Origin: Klebsormidium nitens
Lineage: Eukaryota > Plantae > Klebsormidiophyceae
Reading direction: 5' to 3'
DNA length: 64,000 bases
Assembly: GCA_000708835.1 (NCBI GenBank)
Contig: DF237456.1
Location: 2,950-66,949 of the forward strand
The notes under the pieces were generated by a model. It was not told the DNA's origin and searched no databases. It was given only the letters and a program-made list of their open reading frames with translations. The position numbers and the translations under genes were made by a program. Each line of letters begins with the position of its first letter. The first letter of the stretch is position 1. Below are positions 23,601-34,449 of the stretch, piece by piece.

Positions 23601-26600
23601 ATTCTAGAACCGACACTCTCAATTCGCGTACTTAACTGGCTCGATCCTCGAACATCCGCAGGACATGGACCCGTTGGACGAGACGCGGATCCATCCTCTC
23701 CAGTACAATGTCGCTACCGCGCTCTGCAAGGCGGCCTGGCTTGCGGAACAGGACCTGACTGCAGAGGAAGCGAATGAGGACGACCTAGAGATGGCAGTCC
23801 AAGAGATCGCAGGTGCGAGTTGGGCTCATTTTATCGTTCCTCGTACCCTTCTTCCTACCTCTCTTGTTCTGTGTTGCTTCTCGCGTCGCTGTCTCCAACC
23901 AAAATAGCCTGGGGAGTTTTGGCTGTGTTCGAAAGCAGAGGCCGTGTATCAGGCACTTTCCGCATTGAGCCGACTTGATACACCCAAACCTTCTATCTGG
24001 AGTTCACGAACGTCGAGCACTTTCGCACTTGCAGAGCGGCCGGACCTGATCAAGAAGGTTGACCTTGAGCGGTTTGCACGGGAACACGAGGCGGAGCATG
24101 GGGACCTCGGCCCCACTCTCCAGCTCATCAAGGTGAACCTTATAGATCTCAAGGTCCAATGCTTGGCAGCTTCTTGATGATGAGAGATAGTCTGAACCGG
24201 CACGGCGCTCCCTCTTGTTCTGTTTTCTGCTCGGTGTTCCCGACTAAGGGGGAACCTTATACTTCGCAGGATACTGTATCGCTCATTTTTTCTCGAGTGT
24301 GTTTTCCAGCGGGTACAAGTTCTTTCCCTCTCTTTGTGCCAGGTTTTTCCCCCTTGAACTGCTTTCGGTTGCTTGGCCATTCTTTCGTGCCCGATTTCTG
24401 CCCCTCGAAAGAATCTCCGGAAGCCGTCTGCAGAGCTGCGGGGCTGTGCAGGATGAACCTCGCTCGAGTACCGATCGTCCTTCCCTGAGGACGAATACCT
24501 CTCCCAATACCTCTCCTCATTTTCTTCCCGATTACTCTTCTCGAACATCTCTCCTCACTATTTGTGCCCGGTTTTCCGTTTCTCGTATCATGATTGAGCC
24601 CCGGTCCTCCTCTTTAGCCTTGCCTTACCACTTTGTGCCCGGTTCTTCCTCCCAGGCGGAGCTCCTTGAGCTGTACGCAGAGTGGCGGGTGCCTGAGTCC
24701 TCTAAGGTCCTGGTTCCTTCCTACAAGACACCCTTCCGAACCTTTCCCTTACAAGCTTCTCCCGGTTTCTCCTCATCTGTACCCAATTTCTCACAATCCG
24801 TGCCCCAGTCCTCACTATCTTTGGCGGGTTCCTTACAATCCAGGCCCGGTTCCTCACAGTTTGTGCAACCATTTCCTCACGATTTGCCCCCGGTTCCTCA
24901 ACATCTGTGGCCGGTTCCTCAACATCTGCAGCCGGTTCCTCACAATCTGTGGCCTGTTCCTCACAGTTCGTGCCCGGTTTTTCACAAACTGTGCCCGGTT
25001 TCTCATTATTTGCGGCCGGTTCCTCACAGTTCGTGCCCGGTTCCTCACGATCTGCAGCCGGTTCCTCAAAATTTGTGCAACCGTTTCCTCACAATCTGCG
25101 GCCGGTTCCTCAGAGCTTGCGGCCAATTCCACACAACTTGTGCCCGGATCCCCATGATTGTGCCCGGTTCCTCACTATTTTTGTGCCCGGTTCTTCCTCC
25201 CAGGCGGAGCTCCTGGAGCCATACGCGGAGTGGCGGGTGCCTTACCGGCAGCCCAACGTGGACGAGCTCTTCTCGCTGCTGACCGGCGAATCGGACGAGA
25301 CCCTGCAAAAGGGCCAAATCGTACAGGTAGGGCGGTTAAACTAACCCTGGTTGAACCGCCCAACATTTCCGCATGCTCGCGTTGGGTTTGGCGTCGATTA
25401 AGAATTGACCTATCCAGTTTCACTGCATTCACGCTTTTGCATCCAAACGGATGAAGTCGAATCTGGCGTCAAGCAGGTTCTTCGAAGCCAAACCCTTGCC
25501 CTAATTAAGCAAAGCATAAACAAACTCTGGTTCCGTATAACCCACGATCTCGTTCTTTGAAATCCCAGCCCTCAACCTCTTCCACACAGGCAACGGTACG
25601 GCGGGTGATGAAGGAACGCATCTTCTGCGCGCTCGAGTCGGGTCTCACGGCGTTCGTCAAGTTCGACGAGCTGTCAGACGATGGCAGCATGGCCGCAGCG
25701 GAGATCGTAGACAAGTTGGCCGAGGGTCAAGTGCTGACTGCGTGGTCAGTCTGGATGCATCTTTGTTTTCTTGTTTCTTCTTTTCCCAGTCTAGTTTTTG
25801 CTTTTTTCAGTGTGCTTGTGCAGAAAGTGGCAAGGAATGTTAAGACAAGCTGGCGGAGGGTCAAGTGCTGACTGCGCGTTGACTTTTCGCCGCTTCTTCT
25901 CTCAGAGTCTGTTATATTTCCATTGCCCTTTTTACTTTCTGGTTCAATCTTTCTTGCGGAGAGTAGAGGGTCAGGTGCTCACTGCGTGGTGGAGTGTCAC
26001 GCTTGCATTTCTAGATTGAAGTTTTCTTTATCTCAAAAGAGTCCTTGTTCTTTTCATCACCCATGCAAAGCGTTGCAAAAAAAGACAAGCGGGCCGAGGG
26101 CCAAGTGCTGACTGTGTGGTGGGTATCACGAGTTTTGCATCTGATGTTTCTCGTTTTCTGTTTTACGCACTAGACGAGCAACCAATTAGCAGAGAGAATC
26201 GAAACATGCAAAAAGTGATTTCATTCAACATTAGTATCATTCACGGCGGAACACTGGCCTGCAGCGTCATAGAAATTGACAAGAAGGAGTTCAAGGTGGA
26301 GCTCTCGTGCAAGGGGTCGTACCTGCGGCGCGAGAAGCACTACCAGAAGCCCAAGTTCACGTGGTCGTATGAGGACCCCACAGTGATCGAGGAGTACGAC
26401 CGGGCCAAGAAGAAGTGAGCACTGCCACGTCAGCACATGCAGGATCGTTTTCTTTCTTATCCCGCGCCCATTTGATCCAACCGGTTCAAAATGTCGTTGC
26501 TGTGCGGAACAACCCCGCGCTTTTTGAAGAGGACGACCGGCCCAAAAGGAAGTGAGCATTGCCACGTCAGCAATTGCCACGTCAGCACGTAGGATACCCG

Positions 26601-29600
26601 TCTTTTCAGGATCGCGGTCAAGCCAACCACTTAAGGACGTTCCTTTCAGCCTGCAGAATGGAGTCCGGGACATGATAGGGCTAAGCGGAATTAGGATGCG
26701 TTGCCTAGGTACTTCAGAAGCGTCAGTGATTATGCAACGGATTCAGGAGCACGATTAAAACGAGGAACTCAAAAGAGAGGGGACGGAAAACCGGCGTTTC
26801 TTAAATGACATACTGGGCCGCAGAAGTTCTGAGAGCTCAGTTGATTGAAGAGAGACTCTCGGTAGCAGTTCCTCTCGACCCAAATCCATCTGAAGTTGGT
26901 TTCAAAAGGCCAATGAGGTTGAGAGGGGTTTTCTTGTTTGGCAAATACTTATTGCAAATCAGGGCGACTGCGAGTCAACAGAATGAGACGTCCCTGCTGC
27001 TCATTTCATGTACCAAGGATTCGATACCCTAAATTCTTGGGCTCCTGTACTAACCGACAGGGCTACTTCTCTTAAGCATTGGCGGATTGCATCCAGTAGA
27101 CAGAGGGGGACTCTCCTGTGTTTCGGTTGTGATTGATCCCGACGTCACAAGTACCTTATTCTTTGTCTGAGCCTTGCCGCTTGCGTCGCCGCAGGAAGGA
27201 GGCGCGGCGGCAGTACCGGCCGCGCATGATTCAGCACCCGCTGTTCAAGAACTGCAACCTCCTGGAAGCCACCGCGATGCTGGACACGCAGGAGATTGGT
27301 GACGTGAGTCAAATCAAAAGATTCACAGGGTTTCCAGGTTTAGGTGGAAAGGATAATGCGCGTGACTTGTGCTTGTCTTGGCGTCTGTTGTCTCGGGGAA
27401 AGATGGAGGGTGTTCCATGTTCTCCCTTCTTCCGGCTTACGCTCTTTTGATTCGATTCAGCAGTCGAATTATGTTTTCAACGGTTTTTGAAGCACTTTCG
27501 GATGCGACTTCCCTTCCTCCATGCTCGGCATACATAACGCTTTCTGTGAGTCTCGGTTTTGATAAGGCCTGACCCAGCTAAGCATCTCGAAAGTAGACCG
27601 AACCCGAACTGCACCCTGTCAATCGGAGCTACTGATTGCTCATAGTTAACGATATTAAATGTTTCCTCAAACTTTCCTTCGTCTTCAGGTGATTCTTCGG
27701 CTGAGCAGCAAAGGCCCAACCCACTTGAGCATCTTTAATATGTAACAAATCCGAGATGCACGCTGTCAAAGCGAAGCTGCTGATCGCTCATATCCAACGT
27801 GATCAAACTTTTCATCAAGATTTCATTCCTCTTCAGGTGATATTTCGGCCGAGCAGCAAAGGCTCGCCGCACCTATGCATCTCGAATGTATAAACGAGTC
27901 TGATTTGCACACTGTCAAATTGAATTTCTGAGATTTTCACATCCAACGTAAACAAGTTTTCGATAGAGTAAATTCCATCTTCAGGTGATCATCCGGCCGA
28001 GCAGCAAAGGCCCGACGCACCTGAGCATGACGATCAAGTTCTACACGGACGTGTACGCGCAGATCGACATCGAGGAGGGGGGCAAGGACAAGGCGGACCC
28101 CACCAGCTTCCTCAAGCTCGGCTCCACGCTCAAGATCGGGGACGAGATTTTCGAAGATCTCGACGAGGTGATTGCCGTTATGTCTTGATCAAATTCTAAA
28201 GTCGTTTATTTGATCTCCTCTTCCGCTTCTGGTTCCATACTAACTCTACTTCCTGTCGCCACTTTGTTTCGTTGGACTATTCTACGCTGTCTTTTCATCC
28301 CCTCTAAATTCCGGAACGAGGTCTTGGAGGACCTCGACGAGGTGACGGCATCGTCTCGACTTTGTATGGACCGCCGCTCTGCTTCCTGCGATATTTGGTG
28401 TCTCCCACTACTCGTTATTATTTGCTGTTCTTGACTATATGCAGTATCACATCTGTCTATGTGGATTCTGCCACTTGGAATAGTTTGATTTTTTGCTGAC
28501 CACTGATGTTGAAAGTTCAACCTCTGCTATACGGTTTTGCAATCAAACCCCCCGATTGCAGAACTTGAACATCCCCTGATACATAAGCGCGCATGTTATC
28601 GCGCACTTGAACATCCCCTGATACATAAGCGCGCATGTTTCGCGCATATGCAGACGATGTCCGAGGAGGAGAACACCCAGAAATAGCGTGTCACTACCTT
28701 CCAGTTTCGTCTCTTGACTCATCATATGCTGCTCAGCCCTACTTCTAAATCCGCAGGTTATGGCGCGCTGCGTCGACCCGTTCGTGGATTTCCTGCGTAA
28801 GATGCTCGAGCACCTCGTATCTGATCAAACCCGCTCCAACCTAGCTTTTTAACCTTGTCTTTTCGACAAGCCCCCGGTCACAGCTACCTACTTCGTGAGG
28901 TAGCTAATAAACCCTACCTTTAACCCCGCAACTTATGGCGCGCTACATCGACCCGTTCGTCGACTTCCTGCGCAAGATGCTTGAGTACCTCGTCTAGAAC
29001 CACACCTGCTCCGAACCAATATTCATCCGGGTCTCCCGAATGAGCCTAGACCCATAAGGAGCCGTGGGAGTACTAATCAAACCTTTTAACCCCGCAGGTT
29101 ATGGCGCGGTATATCGACCCCTTCGTCGACTTCCTCCGCAAGATGCTCGAGTACCGCAAGTTCAAGGCCGGGACCAAAAACGAAGTCGACGAGCTGCTGA
29201 AGCGCGAGAAAGCGCAAAACCCGCAGCGCGTCGCATACGCGATCTCTGTCAGCCAACAACACGCGGGCGCGTTCATGCTGTCATACATTCGGAACCAAAA
29301 CCCGCACCACGAGTACATCTCGATTTCGTCCAAGGGGTATCGCTTCCGGCATCAGCACTTCACGAGGTGAGGGTTGACGAGCTTTTGCGTTCAGCTGTGA
29401 TGCATTTTAGAGGCTTAGGGTTCTTCTGCTCTCCAAATGTCGGGTGTTTGTCTTTGATCTGAAAGGACATATACACAAGACCAGAAGTCGCCCTGCGAGT
29501 ACAGCGTGATTGCGCGCAAGGGAATTGCTTCTGGCAACAGCACTTGACAAATCGAAGCGAGCGTTTGCATTGAGCTGCCACAATTCAGACGGCTTGAGGA

Positions 29601-30661
29601 GCTTAGGGTTTTAATCTGCGTTCAGCATTTTGGGGGCTCATGTGTTGTAGTGTTCAATGACGCGTCAAACCTAGATAACAACGATGTGCACCAGCGATGC
29701 CGCATAGTCCAGCAAAATGCAAAGAGTCTGCCTACTGAAGCTGGTAGCCGTGGCGAAAAACCCGACTTACGGACGTCAGCAACTCTGTTGTGGGGCCAAC
29801 GCCTCCCGGCACCTGCTCTCTACGAGGGGAAATACTGCCCGCTCCTGTTGATACTGACTGTTACTCAGCACGCAATCAAGCGTGGGCCCTTTTCTGAAAC
29901 ACTTCATTTTCCTCTGCAGCCCCGACCGCTTAGTCCAGTACTTCCAGAAGCACATCAACGACCCGGTGGTTCAACAGGAAGCAGCCCCCCCTCGGAGAGC
30001 TCCGGCGTCTGTTGTGCCCCTCCCGTTACAGCGACCCCCCCAGGGACACGCTCAGAAAGCGGGAGGGTGGGATCAAGGCGCACCGCGGCCCCCGCAGCCA
30101 GGTGAGCAGAAAACCCATTTTTTGCTTTTTCTTTGCGGGGGGTACCCGCGTGTGTCCTCTTTACAGGGTTGGTTTTGCTAAGCTGCATAAGAGCCTTTCT
30201 CGACCTTTGAAGAGTTGACAGTAAATGTTTTGCCACGTTTGCTTCGAAGACTCGTTTCGGTAGCCCACGTTTCCCCTCTGAACACCCTCGCAAAGTTCGA
30301 AAACTCACGCAATCAGGGTCTCGGTTCTTCTGTGCTTCGCCGGACTTCGGGCGATACATTGATGCGACTCGCAAATACAACTGTCTTCCAATCTACCTCT
30401 CCAGATTATCACAACGGTCATCAAGACTGGCAGCCAAGTGATTCCAGCCAACCCTACAACACCACATGGGGCTCCGGTTGGTCACAGGGGCAACCCCCGC
30501 CGCCGCCCCCCGGGCCACCGCCGCCCCCTGGAGCGCCGCCCCCGCCACCTCCGGGGGCGCCTCAGTCACAGTCCGCAGAGTGGGCTGGGCACGGAGATTG
30601 GGCCCCCGGGAGTGGGTATGGAGGCCAGCAAGGATACGCGCAGTATTCAGGGGGCCACTAG
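11679..30661 (+). CDS. SPT6: Transcription elongation factor / histone chaperone SPT6 (SPT6L-like)
   Basis: 26 exons: 11679-11694, 12287-12430, 13011-13140, 13558-13636, 14073-14202, 14800-14932, 15400-15556, 16159-16356, 16993-17193, 17718-17993, 18711-18941, 19355-19774, 20271-20498, 21001-21282, 21695-22018, 22767-23000, 23662-23812, 24035-24132, 25204-25326, 25590-25741, 26265-26414, 27195-27303, 27985-28167, 29098-29366, 29920-30101, 30405-30661. Total 4857 nt, ~1618 aa. Acidic N-terminus (YEKDDFLVDE, RLKRLKKA), DIPERFQ, IPYIGMYRKE, YqgF region, HhH (FVPGLGPRKA), LDETRIHP, S1, tandem SH2 (IIRPSSKG, FEDLDEV). Confidence 0.97.
22284..22830 (+). repeat. Three intronic copies of the acceptor plus 5' end of SPT6 exon 22767, followed by the functional copy
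   Basis: ttccag|gt(g/t)g(g/c/a)cat(c/t)(g/a)atgtgaa... starts at 22284, 22444, 22602 and 22767 (spacing 160, 158, 165). Confidence 0.95.
24846..25193. repeat. Intronic ~21-bp minisatellite (consensus ccggttcctcacaatctgtg(g/c)), roughly 16 degenerate units
   Basis: Units are directly visible. The array explains the periodic spurious ORFs 24299-25282, 24633-25157 and 24854-25132. Confidence 0.93.
27689..28030 (+). repeat. Two intronic copies of the acceptor plus 5' end of SPT6 SH2 exon 27985
   Basis: cttcag|gtgat...cggc(c/t)gagcagcaaaggc starts at 27689, 27837 and 27985 (spacing 148, 148). Confidence 0.95.
28563..28645. repeat. ~42-bp direct tandem duplication (intronic)
   Basis: acttgaacatcccctgatacataagcgcgcatgtt(a)tcgcgc twice, with a 1-nt indel. 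Confidence 0.95.
28757..29160 (+). repeat. Two intronic copies of the acceptor plus 5' end of SPT6 exon 29098
   Basis: ttatggcgcg...tcgaccc(g/c)ttcgt...ttcct(g/c)cg(t/c)aagatgct(c/t)gag at 28757, ~28932 (AG lost) and 29098. Confidence 0.95.
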
Positions 30662-32485
30662 TGTCGACTATATTGGGGAACATATTAGAGTTTGGTGCTA
30701 CTGATCTGTGCCAAACTAGGCAGAATTTTGGCAGAGGACGGGACTCTTGGATGGTATTCGAAAATCGGCCCAACTGTTGTATACCATCGCATCGGTTCTT
30801 TATGAGGGTGCTCGAAAGGTACATTTGACATCATGTACCTCGATGCAGTACGTGGTCCGACGGAATGCAGAAATATTGGCGCTAGCTCAAAGGTGTCTCC
30901 TGCATTTTTCCGTGAAGGTTGGAAACGTGGCTGGAAAGAAACTTCTGAGTTGACACGTTGGTGATGAGTTGATCAGGCATGCTTTGTTCAAAAATGCGTG
31001 TTTGCATCTATAGATTAACGCCATGACCGTCATATGTGCTTGCCGCTGACATATACAGACATTGTATAGCGCATGCGTACGAACTGTGTACGGGTCAGAT
31101 CAGGTTACTGCATTTCAATCTGCAGTGCGGACTGTTGGAGTCCGACAAATGAATGTTTGATTGACGGTCAGCGCTGCCTGCCACGGATATCCATGGACTT
31201 GCTCTGATGACGTTTGATAATGATCCAAGTTGAAAGACGGTTAGCAAGCTGCTGTCAGGACCATTAATTAATTGCGGCAAAAAGAATGCGGCCTTCCCGC
31301 GGCAAGTACATGAGCTGACGTAGATTAATCCCGCTCAGTGGGGCAAAATTTTTGGCAGCATGATTCCCACACTTCAATGGTTTAGGCGTGGCCGTGCTTA
31401 AGAAGGCTTCACCATCTCCTTCAAACAGATCTTATTTTGACAGGTTTTTGGAGTCAGATGGCCAGCTAGGCTCGGAATGCGCAGCCGCGCCCTACGTGAC
31501 ATGCTGTAAGCGCGCTATTTTTTTTACCTTTTTCTGCAACGTCAGTGCGTGCTCAATCGAAGCGCAGTATCCTGTACTTCTAACAGAGCGTACCGTTAAC
31601 CGAGCGGCCCGGTGGGTTGAGGCTTGCAAAATACCCGTAAACAAGTACTAGAGGACTAACATAGATTCATTGTACGTCGGACAAGGATTATCTTTCTGAC
31701 CATGGGTGCATGGATGAAGACGTACCTGGCACTTTTGGGCGCGCAGATTGAAGTGATGGAACGATTGTAGGCGTTTCCTTCTTGCGTTCTTGTCTCAGAG
31801 AATCTTTCGGCGCCAGATCATTAAGATGACTAGCTGGCAAATAGTCGATCTAGGTAGCGCGTTCACGAGCTCCTCTGCAGGCGAAGTCTTCACAGAGAGT
31901 AGTCGCACTCACAGAGAGAGCTTCGATCTACCAACGCTCTCAGAGTCCTTAGGCCGACTGGCGAATGCGTCTAGGCGGAGCCCGGCTGCTGTGATATTGG
32001 AAAAAGCGCCATGGAGGGTCATTTTTCAAAGGACCATGGCTCGTCGCCATACTAGTTCGGATACGCGCGGAAGCGGCCCGGCTGCGCAGCGGACCGCGCG
32101 CGCGCTCGTCGTCGGCCTTAACCCGCGGCCGACTAAGCCAGGCTCCTCGAAGCCGCGAAAGCGGGTTTGGGGTTTCGCCCATGAAACCCACCGTGCGCAC
32201 CGCGGCCGCCGAGATCGGTGGCGCCAAGTGCAAGGCGTAGACTCTTCTCATCGAACTATCTGATCAAATGTGATCAACTGGTATTCCACGCATGTAGCCG
32301 CACACCTGCAACTGGAATCTTAGTTTATATTCTTTGTTACTTCTGTTTCATCAGCGAAGTAGCGCGCGCTGCATCAGCTAAAGAACGTCAAGGAGTGCAG
32401 TGAAAAACCCTGCAGCATTAAAACGGAGAAGATCAGCTTTTGTTTTCAGGATAGCGAAGACCGGTGGCTCCGCGAAGCAGGAGAG

Positions 32486-33554
32486 ATGGAGGCCCTAAAC
32501 GCGCACCTCTTCGACTATGTGTTGGGCTTCCTCACGCCAGACGAGGCGTGCAAGGTGGCTGTCGCTTCCAAGACGCTGAGGGGATTGATCAATGAAAGCT
32601 CAATGTGGAAGACCTGGTGCGAGCGTGAATGCCCCTCCCTCACGACCTCTCCAGCAAGTGAGCTTGTGCGCGCACACTATGGCTCAGAACGTGGTGTCAG
32701 CTACAAAACACTGTACGCAAAGTTGGGAAACAACCAGTGTGACAAGTTGACTTCCAGCTCAAGCCAACCTGAATGCACCTGCAGTAACAAGGGAACGACC
32801 ACTTTGGAACAGTCAGAATACGTCATGCTGATGGACGTTCACGTCAGGGGGGAGGCCCGTCTGTTCTCCTCATCGGAGGGCAGCGAGATGGCTCCGAGCT
32901 TCCAAGGCCGCCAGGAAGACTGGGAGTTTGACCTTCTTGGAGATCGCAGATGTGTGGCAGTTGTGGAGGGGATGCACGAACCGGGAGCTCAGGAAACAAA
33001 TCCTCTCCGCTTTTCAGGAGGTCAGTCGAAACCACTGTAAGATGCATTTCACATCTGAGGCCCCCCCAGAGCGGGTGAAGCTGCTCGAACAGGACGTGAT
33101 GCTGTTCTCTTGGAGGCTCATGCGCAAGGCTGACGGGGCGATGCAGGCTTTGCTAGAGAGGGAGCCGGTGACTGTGAAAGATCAAGGCGCACGACCTTCC
33201 CGTATGTGTAGCGCTGGGTGCGCCCGGCGCGAGGCACCCTACCATCTGCGCTTGGAAGCAAAAGCGACCGTGAAGGACAAAGATGGGAGAAAGTTTGACT
33301 CCTTTCAGAGTGTAATGCGCTTGAGATGCTATTTCGAGAATCCTCATGCTGATGGAAGCCTCGAAACCTGGGCTCGTGTGGCTCCCCTGCCGGCGTGGGA
33401 TCCGCCTGTTTCGGAGTCACAGGGGTTTTCGCTGGAAGTAGGGCTTGTCGAGTATAGATGCATAGATCCTTTTAATGATTACCACAACTGGCAATACGTG
33501 GGGGCCTCTGACTTCAACTTTCTTCTCAAAAAATTTCTTCGAAGGTGGTTCTAA
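32486..33554 (+). CDS. F-box protein (N-terminal F-box; one probable 49-nt intron at 33021-33069)
   Basis: F-box LNAHLFDYVLGFLTPDEACKVAVASKTLRGLINESSMWKTWC. Two overlapping ORFs join in frame if gtcagt...cccccccag (49 nt) is spliced out. Confidence 0.75.
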
Positions 33555-34449
33555 GCAACACATCAGACTAAAGACTGGTCATGTCATCATTGTCACTTGT
33601 TTTTCGAAAAGCGGGCGAATTGGGGCGGGCCGCCACATCAGAGGTGTACTTTCTTAAGCTAGCTTACGGAACTGATCCTTAAGTGCGCTCTCCTTATTCT
33701 CAAAGAGCTGGGCTTAGAAGCTCAGACCAGATTCAGAGCTCGTGAACAAACGGCATGCTTGAGTTCACACATGTGCAGAGTTTATGTATATGACTCACTA
33801 GGCTAGCACCCTAAACTTTGGGTGAATGCGCTTTTCAATGAGATCCGCGCCGTCTCGCCAATAAGTCTTGTTCCTGCCGCTCTAGCTAGCTAGCGGCAGA
33901 TTCTCGCGCCTCTAATGAGTGGATTCAAGGACCTGCTAAGTGCATGATTCCAAGATTGTACTTAATCATCATGACGACAGCTCATATTAAGGACACATTG
34001 TAATTCTGTACCAGTGTCCTGCGCCGTGTAAGCCCTTAGGCGGCGCGCCCTCAAACAACTTGCCCATGTGAAGTACACGTACAGCTGGACAAAGCGCTGC
34101 GCGGGAAGGCTCGAGATACACAAAGACAACTGGCAGCGCATAGTACCGAACTTCAATTTCTTCAAACTCAGGACGCTGCGTTCCTCAATCTTGTCCAGCT
34201 GGCACGTTGCAGGCCATTTTGAAAACGGCCTGGCGACTGTACGGAGCTTGCCACGAATAATTCAACTCTGCGAGCTTCGCCGAAGGCATCATCTTTGCCT
34301 TGACGGCAAAAACATGGATGAGAAATTAAGGTTGACGGTATTGATGGCATGCCTTACAGGTTTGCATGGAAATATTTTCCTTTTCTACATACTGTACTGT
34401 GGAGACGCCGGACTCCGTAACCCACTAGCCCTCATCATGCGTGCACAAG

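Noticed and set aside
24299-25282. 327-aa ORF with periodic PVP motifs
   Set aside because: Translation of the intronic 21-bp minisatellite.
27689-28030. Regularly spaced ~30-bp repeats with spacers, superficially CRISPR-like (also 22284-22830)
   Set aside because: The context is eukaryotic, the repeats are copies of SPT6 exon starts, the spacers are mutually similar, and there are no cas genes.
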